Of a stretch of 32,000 bases of DNA, positions 10,502-18,152 are shown in pieces. The stretch comes from Cereibacter sphaeroides 2.4.1 (GTDB taxonomy: Bacteria; Pseudomonadota; Alphaproteobacteria; Rhodobacterales; Rhodobacteraceae): NCBI RefSeq assembly GCF_000012905.2, contig NC_007493.2, forward strand, positions 960,001-992,000, given 5' to 3'. Within the stretch, counting starts at the first letter, position 1. Each line of letters opens with the position of its first letter. The translations under genes and the position numbers were made by a program. The notes beneath the pieces were generated by a model. It ran no database searches, was not told the origin of the DNA, and saw only the letters and a list, made by a program, of their open reading frames with translations.

Positions 10502-10643
10502 CGGGTTTCCCTCGTGATGTTCTTGAGTGGTTTTCGCGAGGTGTAGGCCATCCCTCGGGTTGCATCAAGTGCGGCAGGATGCGGCGGTATTGTGGGGGGC
10601 GGCGCGTGGCTCTAGGGTCGCTCCGCGCAAGAGAGGAAGCATC

Positions 10644-11246
10644 ATGGACAGGACGGGCATCTTCGCCGGGGACGATCCCTTCGCCATCGCCGCAGGCTGG
10701 CTGGCCGAGGCCGAGCCGCAGGAGCCGAACGATCCGAACGCCATCGCGCTCGCGACCGTCGATGCCGCGGGTCTGCCCAACGTGCGGATGGTGCTTCTCA
10801 AGGAGATCGAGGCCGAGGCTTTCGTCTTCTACACCAATTACGGTTCGCAGAAGGCGGTCGAGATCGAGACCTCGGGCAAGGCCGCCTTCGTGCTCCACTG
10901 GAAGTCGCTGCGCCGCCAGATCCGCGTCCGCGGCCTCGTCGAGCGCGAGGAGGGGGCGCAGGCCGACGCCTACTACGCCTCGCGGTCGCTCAAGAGCCGG
11001 CTCGGGGCATGGGCCTCGGAGCAGAGCCGCCCGCTCGCCTCGCGCACCAGCCTTCTGGCCGAAGTGGCCCGCGTCACGGCACGCTTCGGAACCAACCCTC
11101 CGCGCCCCGCGTTCTGGGGTGGTTTCAGGATCAGGCCGCTCGAGATCGAGTTCTGGGCGGACGGCGCCTTCCGCCTGCACGACCGTTTCCGCTGGCGCAG
11201 GAACAGTCTGTCGGACGGTTGGTCGATCGAGCGGCTGAACCCGTGA
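10644..11246 (+). CDS. pdxH: Pyridoxamine 5'-phosphate oxidase
   Basis: ATG at 10644 after [31 protein letters not shown], the RQIRVRG motif and the C-terminal W..ERLNP ending are typical of PdxH. Confidence 0.9.
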   Translation: MDRTGIFAGDDPFAIAAGWLAEAEPQEPNDPNAIALATVDAAGLPNVRMVLLKEIEAEAFVFYTNYGSQKAVEIETSGKAAFVLHWKSLRRQIRVRGLVEREEGAQADAYYASRSLKSRLGAWASEQSRPLASRTSLLAEVARVTARFGTNPPRPAFWGGFRIRPLEIEFWADGAFRLHDRFRWRRNSLSDGWSIERLNP

Positions 11247-11362
11247 TATTCGCGCTTCGCGAATGAAAAGGTTCGTATACGAGTGATGATTTGCTCTTGA
11301 ATCCGCCGGAGGATTGACGGCACTAGTTTCAATCTACGGGCTCATCTGGGGACAGCTCTGGA

Positions 11363-11905
11363 ATGGTGGAAGACGAAAAGGCCCTGCAGCTTGTGCATGG
11401 CCGCGTGAAATGGTTCGATCCGGCCAAGGGCTTCGGGTTCATTGTGACCGAGGAGAATGGGGCCGACATCCTGCTCCATGCCAATGTCCTGCGGAATTAC
11501 GGCCAGAGTTCGGTGGCGGACGGCGCCGGCATCACCGTCAAGGTCCAGAGCACCCAGCGCGGCGTTCAGGCTGTCGAAGTGATCGAGATCGAGCCTCCGG
11601 AAGGAACGACCTTCCACCTCAGCGAGGACAGCGAAGCGACGACCCCCGAGGAGATCGCCGCGCGTCCGCTGGAGCCCGGCCGGGTGAAATGGTTCGACAA
11701 GGGCAAGGGCTTCGGCTTCGCCAATGTCTTCGGCCGGCCCGAGGATGTCTTCATTCATGTCGAGGTCCTGCGGATGTCCGGCTTTGCCGACCTTGCGGCA
11801 GGCGAGGCGGTGGCGCTGCGCATCATCGAGGGGCGGCGCGGGCGCATGGCGGTGCAGGTGGTCTCATGGGAAGTCGCAGCGCGTCAGCATCAGCAACCGG
11901 CCTGA
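11363..11905 (+). CDS. Cold-shock domain protein with two CSDs
   Basis: There are two copies of the RNP-1-like motif, GRVKWFDPAKGFGFIV and GRVKWFDKGKGFGFANV. Confidence 0.85.
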   Translation: MVEDEKALQLVHGRVKWFDPAKGFGFIVTEENGADILLHANVLRNYGQSSVADGAGITVKVQSTQRGVQAVEVIEIEPPEGTTFHLSEDSEATTPEEIAARPLEPGRVKWFDKGKGFGFANVFGRPEDVFIHVEVLRMSGFADLAAGEAVALRIIEGRRGRMAVQVVSWEVAARQHQQPA

Positions 11906-12381
11906 GCGCTCTCGCGCTCGTGCTGGCGCTTCTGCCGGGTGCCTCCCGCGCGGACTGTCGCCCGGATGCGGTCGAGTTGCGCACCGAGGCTGGGTCCACG
12001 ATGCGATTCTCGGTGGAAATCGCCGACACGCCGGCCGAGCGGTCGCGCGGGCTGATGCACCGCGAGAGCCTGCCGCGCTCGTCGGGGATGCTGTTCCTGT
12101 TCGACGCGCCGCACAGGGCGAGCTTCTGGATGCGCAACACGCTCATTCCGCTCGACATGATCTTCGCCGGGCCCGACGGCACGGTGAAGGTCGTCCATTC
12201 CAATGCGGTGCCCGAGGATCTCACGCCCATCTCGGGCGGGGAGGGGATCCAGAGCGTGCTCGAGATCAACGGCGGCCTCGCCCGTGCGCTCGGCATCGGC
12301 CCCGGCACCGTCCTGCGGCATCCGGGCCTCGACCAGTCCCTCGCCGCCTGGCCCTGCGACGAGGCGCCGGCGAAGCCCTGA
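11866..12381 (+). CDS. DUF192-family secreted protein
   Basis: Internal ATG at 11866 (MGSRSASASATGLSALALVLALLPGASRA signal peptide). ERSRGLMHRESLP..GMLFLF....FWMRNTLIPLDMIF is the DUF192 pattern. It overlaps the csp gene end by 40 nt. Confidence 0.75.
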   Translation: MGSRSASASATGLSALALVLALLPGASRADCRPDAVELRTEAGSTMRFSVEIADTPAERSRGLMHRESLPRSSGMLFLFDAPHRASFWMRNTLIPLDMIFAGPDGTVKVVHSNAVPEDLTPISGGEGIQSVLEINGGLARALGIGPGTVLRHPGLDQSLAAWPCDEAPAKP

Positions 12382-12769
12382 GTTCCACGTCCATGGCGCC
12401 ATTCCCGAGGACGCGCAGGCGGTGGCCCCGGTAGACGTATCCCCAAGGATGAGCGGTCGCGCCCTTGGCCGCTGACGGCAGAGCCTGAAGGGCTGCCCCG
12501 AGCGTCGCACCCGGCGCGGCTCGTGACCCGGATCGCATCCTGGCCACAGGGGCCGTTTCCCGGTGTCACCTTTCACGAAGCATAAGCGGTTCGCTCGGAG
12601 AGGCGGCGATGAGAGGAGGCAGATGCCAGCCCCGCCGACCGCTGGGACAGGTGGCGCGGAAGGGGCCAGGGACCGGCCTCGCCTGGGTCACTCCCCGCCC
12701 GCTTGCCGGAAGCCGCAGACAGCGAGCGCCCCTTTCCAAGCGGCCGACGAGGCTGTAGGAAGACCCCGA

Positions 12770-12846
12770 CGGAGTGTAGCGCAGCCTGGTAGCGCGCCTG
12801 CTTTGGGAGCAGGATGTCGGGGGTTCGAATCCCTCCACTCCGACCA
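12770..12846 (+). tRNA. tRNA-Pro (anticodon UGG)
   Basis: 77-nt cloverleaf read by hand. Acceptor stem is CGGAGTG/CACTCCG and D-arm is GCGC-AGCCTGGTA-GCGC. Anticodon stem is CCTGC/GCAGG with loop TTTGGGA. T-arm is GGGGG-TTCGAAT-CCCTC, followed by discriminator A and an encoded CCA. Confidence 0.9.
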
Positions 12847-12847
12847 T
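12830..12847. repeat. attL core (tRNA-Pro 3' end)
   Basis: TCCCTCCACTCCGACCAT, identical to 29253-29270. Confidence 0.85.
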
Positions 12848-12895
12848 TACCATTAAACTGTTTATTTTTAAAGACTTACGCGGTTCGGCTCGGTC

Positions 12896-12912
12896 GCATG
12901 TGTTACAGTTTT
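12896..12912 (+). promoter_or_regulatory. Putative integrase arm-type site (attL side)
   Basis: CATGTGTTACAGTTTTG is identical over 17 bp to 29168-29184. The core TGTGTTACAGT also occurs at 29157-29167. Confidence 0.5.
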
Positions 12913-12981
12913 GCGACTCATCCACACGGCTCAGGCCAGAGCTGGCGGCCCTTCGGAAGGCCCTCACGTCTGCACAGTCAG

Positions 12982-13010
12982 AAGCCCGCCGATGGCGAGT
13001 CGGCGGGCTT
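12982..13010 (-). terminator. Hairpin downstream of the 264-aa cargo gene
   Basis: Perfect 11-bp stem AAGCCCGCCGA/TCGGCGGGCTT with a 7-nt loop, 21 nt past the stop at 13031. The U-tract on the minus strand is only weak (CUUCUGACU). Confidence 0.45.
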
Positions 13011-13030
13011 GCTGGTGGTGGTGCTACGGG

Positions 13031-13825
13031 TCAAGCCGCCAGAAGATCAGGCCGCGTCATTCGCGGCTCGTTCCGCAAGCACTCCTTCCCAATGATCGAC
13101 ACGCTTTCCGGCAGGGCGACGATCTCCTGTTCAACCCCATCGAAGGCCGCCAGAATATCGGCTTTCATCACCATGCCCCGAATGAGCATCGGGCGTTCCC
13201 GGCGCGCCCCGCTACGCTGTGCGAACCAGATGCCGTAGTCACGGCACAAGGTCCACGACATGCCGTGCATACCGTTCTCACACCTGATGCCACGCCAGAC
13301 CTCCACGCTTTCGGGGAGCGCGGCGAAGGTCCCGCGCTCGTCTGCGCTCATGGCAAATTCGCGCTTCGGAACGTCCGCCGTCCACAGCTCGCGCCAAGCG
13401 TCGTAGTCCTGAAAGATGTTGTTTGAGTCCCGCCAGACCTCGGCCACGAGAGGCCAGTATTCTTCAGGGAACATGTCCAACCCGCCCCGCGCAGCCTCCG
13501 AGAGGGCTTCGAGCCTGTAGGGCCTTTCGTGGCCGAAGATGTAGCCGGAGAGGTCTCCCGCAGCCGCTGCCGCCTCAGCACGGTCCCGCATGAACTCAAA
13601 GTGTGCGTTGGTGAGGGCAATATACTCGCGCGTGAGGTTGCCGGGAAGGAGCGCATGAAGGTAACGGTGATTCACCATGATGCCGAGGTCACTGCGCACC
13701 ACATGATCCAACAGATCTTCGTGAAGGTGCTGAAGCGCGTGATCCTCATTGTCGTTTGCGGTCTCGCTCAGGCAGGCTGTCTGTGCAGCGCGCATGAGGT
13801 CGGGCAGGGCGGGGTTATGCGCCAT
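13031..13825 (-). CDS. Hypothetical cargo protein (264 aa) at the attL end of the element
   Basis: ATG at 13823-13825 with AGGAAA 6 nt upstream. Balanced composition (W/Y/F/H-rich, not Arg/Pro junk). No family recognised. Confidence 0.6.
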   Translation of the reverse strand: MAHNPALPDLMRAAQTACLSETANDNEDHALQHLHEDLLDHVVRSDLGIMVNHRYLHALLPGNLTREYIALTNAHFEFMRDRAEAAAAAGDLSGYIFGHERPYRLEALSEAARGGLDMFPEEYWPLVAEVWRDSNNIFQDYDAWRELWTADVPKREFAMSADERGTFAALPESVEVWRGIRCENGMHGMSWTLCRDYGIWFAQRSGARRERPMLIRGMVMKADILAAFDGVEQEIVALPESVSIIGKECLRNEPRMTRPDLLAA

Positions 13826-13863
13826 GTTGGTTTTCCTGTGCCGGTGTTGGGTGGTTCAATTAT

Positions 13864-13886
13864 AGCAAGCCGGCGTCCGGCTTGCT
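13864..13886 (-). terminator. Hairpin between the 53-aa ORF and the 264-aa gene
   Basis: Perfect 10-bp inverted repeat AGCAAGCCGG-cgt-CCGGCTTGCT. On the minus strand it is followed by AUAAUUGAA. Confidence 0.4.
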
Positions 13887-13951
13887 GGCGGCAAATTGCG
13901 GTAAATTGCGACTTCTCAAAGTGATAGGCGCGCCGGGTCTAGGATCTAACC

Positions 13952-14113
13952 TCAGGCAGCTTCGGCCTCGTCCCGAACGCTCTCCGGCCACAGGTCGGCG
14001 ACCTCGCCCAAGGTGGTGACGATGTGCGAGCGGCGATCAAGGCCGGGTGCCGGGTCGGCCATGAGGCGGGCGACGAGGGCGCGATACACGTCATCCGGCA
14101 GGTAATGCGACAT
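13952..14113 (-). CDS. Small hypothetical protein (53 aa), not in the supplied ORF track
   Basis: Hand translation gives MSHYLPDDVYRALVARLMADPAPGLDRRSHIVTTLGEVADLWPESVRDEAEAA. AAGGAA lies 8 nt upstream of the ATG (14111-14113). Confidence 0.4.
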   Translation of the reverse strand: MSHYLPDDVYRALVARLMADPAPGLDRRSHIVTTLGEVADLWPESVRDEAEAA

Positions 14114-14242
14114 TGTTGATGTTCCTTTTATGCTGCTTCGGTCCCTCGAACCTTGCAGGCGGCGAGTCCGCTTGCAAGCAGAAAATTATGGTAAGTCATT
14201 GATTTGCTTATGTAAGTCGTGACTTACCGGGCTTCGGGGTGG

Positions 14243-14875
14243 TCAGAACAGCGCCAGATTTGCGCGTTCGGCTGCGGCCGTTGCAGAACGCTCTCTGCCA
14301 CGTCTCTTCTGTTGATGCGCCTTGTTCGCGGCGCGCTCGCGTTCCACCTGCTCGGGGCTGCGGTTCGCCTTTGACTTGGCCTTCTGCGCGCGGCGATGAG
14401 CTTTCCGTTCCTCCGGCGTCAGGTTCTTGAGGTCGCGCCGGTAAGGCCGCACCGGCTGGCCGGTCGTCTTGAGCTTGTCTTCGGCATAGAAGTTACGCCC
14501 GGACTTGCGGAACCTTTCCAGCCGTTCCGCTTGGTGCTGTTCAAGCCACGCGCCCGCAGCCGCGTTCCTAACGTCAGCGTCGGTGCCGTAGTTCTCGGCG
14601 ACCTCGGCCGGGGTCATGCTCGCGATCTCGCGGTTCAATGCCTCGGCTTCGACCAGATCTTCGGGCGTGGTAGGGCCAAGCTCGGCCAGCAGGTCGGCCA
14701 GTAGGTCAGCCTCGCCCGGCGGCAGCGCGTCCAAGGTAGGCAGGCAGGCCGCGCTCGCCACAAACTCCGCATGTGTCGTTTCAACAGGCGGGGTGCCTAC
14801 CAGCTCGTCAAGCTCACTCATCGCCCGCTCAAGTTTCCGGCGGTCGGCGCCAGACAGATTAAGTGCCCCTTCCAT
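14243..14875 (-). CDS. Hypothetical phage-element protein (210 aa) with an acidic N-half and a strongly basic C-tail
   Basis: ORF with plausible composition. The C-terminus KAHRRAQKAKSKANRSPEQVERERAANKAHQQKRRGRER is lysine/arginine-rich (nucleic-acid binding is an inference). Confidence 0.55.
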   Translation of the reverse strand: MEGALNLSGADRRKLERAMSELDELVGTPPVETTHAEFVASAACLPTLDALPPGEADLLADLLAELGPTTPEDLVEAEALNREIASMTPAEVAENYGTDADVRNAAAGAWLEQHQAERLERFRKSGRNFYAEDKLKTTGQPVRPYRRDLKNLTPEERKAHRRAQKAKSKANRSPEQVERERAANKAHQQKRRGRERSATAAAERANLALF

Positions 14876-14890
14876 CCTCTTCTTGGTCCT

Positions 14891-14903
14891 GTTATGTTAT
14901 CAC
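14891..14903. promoter_or_regulatory. AT-rich GTTAT-repeat motif copy 1 (GTTATGTTATCAC)
   Basis: Lies 16-28 nt upstream of the 210-aa gene start. Related copies occur at 21613-21625 and 27315-27327. Confidence 0.35.
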
Positions 14904-14923
14904 TTGATGTTGATGCCCAGAGG

Positions 14924-14945
14924 GGGCCGGTGTTCGCACCGGCCC
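14924..14945. terminator. GC hairpin just after the stop of the 154-aa gene
   Basis: GGGCCGGTG-ttcg-CACCGGCCC forms a perfect 9-bp stem. The T-run (TTTCT) is on the + strand side, so its role for the minus-strand transcript is unclear. Confidence 0.35.
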
Positions 14946-14949
14946 TTTC

Positions 14950-15414
14950 TCATGCAGCGTCGACCACGGGGGCGCTGTCCGCCGCCGTCAGCAGCAACCG
15001 AGCAAGATCGCGGGCGAGGTCGCGCGAGAAGCTGCGCGGCGAGCCGGGGAACGGCACCGTGATCTGCACCCCATTGCCCTTCCGCCCGGCCGAGAAGCGG
15101 TGATCAAGGTCAATGACGGTGGTCGCGCTGCGCTTCGTCGGGTCCGCCAGATCGCGCACCAGTTCGGCCAGCTTCCGCGCGCCGTCCAACGTGAGAAGGG
15201 CCGGGGTGTCGGGGTCCAGGGCGATGTAGACGCCATCGGGGACGCGCTTGATCGTGACGCCGGGGATGGTGTCCGGGATGGTGCCGCGCGCGATCTCGGC
15301 ATTGATCAGGTGACCCAGAGTCTCGGCGATGGAGAGGCCGCCGAGGGCGGCAGCGATGGCCTTGAGCTGTTCGTGACGCTCGGCCGAGGTCAGGACGTTC
15401 CGGGGGTCGTTCAT
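14950..15414 (-). CDS. Putative DNA-binding regulator with ribbon-helix-helix-like N-terminus (154 aa)
   Basis: The N-terminus NVLTSAERHEQLKAIAAALGGLSIAETLGHLINAEIAR has the strand-helix-helix pattern of CopG/Arc-type proteins, judged by eye. It is the first gene next to the repeat-containing non-coding region. Confidence 0.5.
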   Translation of the reverse strand: MNDPRNVLTSAERHEQLKAIAAALGGLSIAETLGHLINAEIARGTIPDTIPGVTIKRVPDGVYIALDPDTPALLTLDGARKLAELVRDLADPTKRSATTVIDLDHRFSAGRKGNGVQITVPFPGSPRSFSRDLARDLARLLLTAADSAPVVDAA

Positions 15415-15436
15415 GTGATGGTTCCTCGCAAGGGGT

Positions 15437-15466
15437 TTGCACGTCGGGAAAAATCTAACCTTACAT
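15437..15466 (+). promoter_or_regulatory. Sigma70-like promoter candidate pointing into the repeat region
   Basis: TTGCAC-N18-TTACAT. It is divergent from the 154-aa gene start at 15414. Confidence 0.3.
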
Positions 15467-15496
15467 GATTAGACGGTCAAGCGGGATTTTCTGCAG

Positions 15497-15786
15497 TGTC
15501 AGGGGACAATTTCCGGGAGGTGCCGGACTGCCGAGGACACTCCGGGAGGGCCTGAACCTGTCAGGGGACAAAGCTGTCAGGGGACATTTTCCCACAAGAG
15601 AGAAGAGAGGGAAGAGAGATACAGATACTGTGGGAGATTGTCCCCTGACACGTCCCGGAACGTATGACCTTCAGAGTCCCGGAGCGTGTCAGGGGACAAG
15701 GCTGTCAGGGGACATTTTCCCACAAGAGAGAAGAGAGGGAAGAGAGATACAGATACTGTGGGAAATTGTCTCCTGACACGTCCCGG
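15497..15786. repeat. Array of TGTCAGGGGACA motifs organised as two ~100-bp palindromic direct repeat units (15559-15658 and 15687-15786, period 128 bp)
   Basis: Forward motif copies are at 15497, 15559, 15575, 15687 and 15703. Inverted copies are at 15639 (TGTCCCCTGACA) and 15767 (TGTCTCCTGACA). Each unit reads TGTCAGGGGACA-ttt-TCCCACA-[32-nt polypurine AGAGAGAAGAGAGGGAAGAGAGATACAGATAC]-TGTGGGA-gat-TGTCCCCTGACA. The two units differ at about 3 positions. Confidence 0.9.
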
Positions 15787-16095
15787 CTCACCCTCCTGCG
15801 GCTCACCACACAAGATGTTCCGAACTTCTCACGATGACACTAAAAGCCTCGTGCGTCTCCGGCGCTCTCACGGCGTTCCGTTCCGGAGCGCCTGAATGAC
15901 TCGCCAGACTCCACAGGAAGCCCGCTGGTGGGCGCTGATACCCTCCGGGGTGTCGATGCGGCGGCCGGACCTTAGCGGGCCTCTACGGGCTTCCTATTGA
16001 GATTCTTCTGTCCGGTTTAAAATCCCTTGCCGGGGGTTCGCGCGTGTGAGACAAATGTGCATCCGGGGTTCACCGTCTCGGGCTAAGTCAGGAGA

Positions 16096-16125
16096 CCCCG
16101 CGCCTCGTCTCCGGCGTGGGGTTTT
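16096..16125 (+). terminator. Rho-independent terminator-like hairpin on the + strand
   Basis: CCCCGCG...CGTGGGG stem (one G-U pair) followed by TTTT. An alternative GGAGAC/GTCTCC stem also exists. It lies directly below the tape-measure stop codon. Confidence 0.4.
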
Positions 16126-16130
16126 CCATT

Positions 16131-18140
16131 TCAGCGCCTGCCCTGATTAAACATGGCGCCGGGGCGCATCTGCCGGCCGATCTCGTCGCGCACCAGCGCC
16201 CGCATGGAGCCTTCGGTTTCCCGCGCGATCTGCTTTGCAAGATCCGCATTGGCTTCCGAGGTGCCGCCCGTGGCATTCACATTGATCGTCGGGGCAATGG
16301 TGATATTCGGTGCATGAGCCGAAGTTTCTTTCGAGAGTTTCGGTGCGAGCGGGATCTTCGCGTTGTCACTGACAAGCCCGCCAGCGGCATAGCCCTTCAA
16401 ATGCCGGTGCATCCGATCAAGGTTTCCGGCGCCGATTTTAGCGGTTGCTTCCTTACTAAAAACAAACTCGCCGCGATGGACAATCCCGGCCGGTTCAAAT
16501 TTGCCGCCTGCGCCGGTATAGCCGCCCTCAGCGAAGCCGCCGGTCAGGAAGCTGCCGAGGGTGCCGAGGAAGGAACCGGACCCTGCACCGGCCAGCATTC
16601 CTATGAGGCGCTGTTGAAGCGCCATCTCGGCGAGCTGTAGCACGAGCTGCCCGACTGCCTCCTTCGCGCTCATGGCGCCAGACAGCACACCCGTGAAGAC
16701 GCTGGTCAGAGCCTGCGCCCCGCGCTGTCCGGCTGCCTCCACGGCCCGCAGGCGCTCGGCGGCCTGCTCAGCGCTCGTGCCGGCCGTGGCATATGCTCCC
16801 GCGAGCCGGTCGATCTCAGCCGACAGGGCAGGCGTGATCTCTCGGCCCTCGCGCTGCGCGGCGACCAGAAGCTCGGCGCGCTGGCGCGCATATTCGAGCA
16901 TGTCGCTATAGGTTTTGCCCGTGGTCGAGGCGCTGGCGAGCGCCTGCCCCTGCGCTTCGAGGGCGGCGGTCTCGGCGGTGATCGCCTGCACCGCGCGGCC
17001 GTAGTCGTCGGACGTGCGGGCGCCGCCTGCCGTCCGGCCGGGGCTGGTCCCGGTGCCCGTGGCGGGCGGGGTCCAGGTGTCGGCCTTCGGCCGCCACGTC
17101 TGCTCGGTGCGCCGTTCCAGCTCGGCGATGATCTGGTTTTCTTCCTCGTCCAGCTCACGCAGGCGCAGGTTGATGATCGCGCGCCCCCGCTCGCCGTTTC
17201 TCCCGGCGGGCAGGTTGTCCAGTCCGGCGGCCTGCTCGGCCTTCTCGCGCATGATCTCGGTCTGGCGGGCCTGCAAGGTGCGGTCGCGCTGGTTCTGGAA
17301 CTCGCGGAAGCCGTCAATGAAGTCCGCAAGGCTCGCCGCCGCCGAGACGATGGCGGACTTCAGGGCGGTCCCGACCGTGGTCGCGATCAGGTTGAACTGC
17401 CTGTCCACCTCGGCGGCCTTGGCGATCAGTTCGTCGTCCATCACGATACCCAGCGCGTTCGCCTCGGTGATGGTGCGCCGGATGCCCGCTTCGCCCTGCG
17501 CCAGCAACTCGACAAACCGTTCGCCGCCCGCGCCGCCGAACAGCTCGTCGGCAATGCGGATCTGCGCGGCCTTGTCGAGCTGTTCGAGCCGCCCCAGGAT
17601 TTCGAGCATCAGGGCCGAGGGGTCTTTCAGCTTCCGGGCCAGCTCTTCGCCCGTGTAGCCGAGACGCTGGAAGGCTTCGGCCGCGCTGCCCTTGCCGGTG
17701 ACGATGAACTCGTCGGCGCGAAGCGACAGCTCCTTGAAGCCGTCCACGAGGCTGTCAACGCCGATGCGGTTCTGCTCGGCCACGAAGCGCCACTCCTGAA
17801 ACGCCCGCGCCGACAGGCCCGCCCGCTTCGCCTCGTCGCCGATCTGGGCCACGCCCCGCGCGACTTCGTGCGCCCGCTCCGCGATGCCGGTCAGGCCCGC
17901 GCCTGCGATCCCGCCTACAAGGCCGCCCGCGAAGGGCAGGGCCAGCCGCTTGAATGTAGCAGCGATGCCGTCGCCCGCCTTGCCGTAGGTCGCGCTGATC
18001 TTGTCAGCGTTCGCCTTCGCCCGGCGCTCCATGTCGTTCGCGGCCTTCGCCTGCGCGGCGTTGGCGCGCTTCAGGCCCTTTTCGAGCTTATCAATTCGTG
18101 CTTCGATTTCGACAACAAGGCCGGGCAATCCGGTGTCCAT
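16131..18140 (-). CDS. Phage tail tape-measure protein
   Basis: Long coiled, Ala/Gly-rich protein. FQEWRFVAEQNRIGVDSLVDGFKELSLRADEF and the C-terminal GGYTGAGGKFEPAGIVHRGEFVFSKEA are patterns I associate with lambda-family TMPs. I chose the ATG at 18138-18140 with GAAGGA 8 nt upstream; the track starts 2 codons earlier at a TTG. Confidence 0.75.
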   Translation of the reverse strand: MDTGLPGLVVEIEARIDKLEKGLKRANAAQAKAANDMERRAKANADKISATYGKAGDGIAATFKRLALPFAGGLVGGIAGAGLTGIAERAHEVARGVAQIGDEAKRAGLSARAFQEWRFVAEQNRIGVDSLVDGFKELSLRADEFIVTGKGSAAEAFQRLGYTGEELARKLKDPSALMLEILGRLEQLDKAAQIRIADELFGGAGGERFVELLAQGEAGIRRTITEANALGIVMDDELIAKAAEVDRQFNLIATTVGTALKSAIVSAAASLADFIDGFREFQNQRDRTLQARQTEIMREKAEQAAGLDNLPAGRNGERGRAIINLRLRELDEEENQIIAELERRTEQTWRPKADTWTPPATGTGTSPGRTAGGARTSDDYGRAVQAITAETAALEAQGQALASASTTGKTYSDMLEYARQRAELLVAAQREGREITPALSAEIDRLAGAYATAGTSAEQAAERLRAVEAAGQRGAQALTSVFTGVLSGAMSAKEAVGQLVLQLAEMALQQRLIGMLAGAGSGSFLGTLGSFLTGGFAEGGYTGAGGKFEPAGIVHRGEFVFSKEATAKIGAGNLDRMHRHLKGYAAGGLVSDNAKIPLAPKLSKETSAHAPNITIAPTINVNATGGTSEANADLAKQIARETEGSMRALVRDEIGRQMRPGAMFNQGRR

Positions 18141-18152
18141 GTGCAATGTCCT

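Noticed and set aside
11314-11865. A long N-terminal extension of the DUF192 ORF (355 aa in the track).
   Set aside because: It overlaps the two-CSD cold-shock gene in another frame and is Arg/Gly-rich. The signal peptide and DUF192 domain begin at the ATG at 11866.
13031-13825. ADP-ribosyltransferase-like R-S-E pattern in the 264-aa cargo protein: VWRGI (R178), GMSWTL (S190) and EQEIVAL (E232/E234, reminiscent of the EQEVSAL catalytic segment of cholera-toxin-type ARTs).
   Set aside because: The Arg-to-Ser spacing is only ~12 residues, against roughly 40-55 in the R-S-E toxins I know. The rest of the fold elements cannot be placed by eye, so this is a short-motif coincidence until a profile or structure search says otherwise.
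15497-15786. Possible CRISPR array.
   Set aside because: There are only two long (100-bp) units separated by 28 bp, and each is internally palindromic. The short 12-mers are irregularly spaced and include inverted copies. No cas genes are present in the window.
15465-15813. ORFs of 103 aa (+) and 78 aa (-) drawn through the repeat array, with an apparent repeated peptide GDKAVRGHFPTREKRGKRDTDTVG.
   Set aside because: The repeat period is 128 bp, not a multiple of 3, so the second unit is read in a different frame. The peptides are low-complexity products of the polypurine tract. There is no RBS, and conservation is clearly at the DNA/RNA level.
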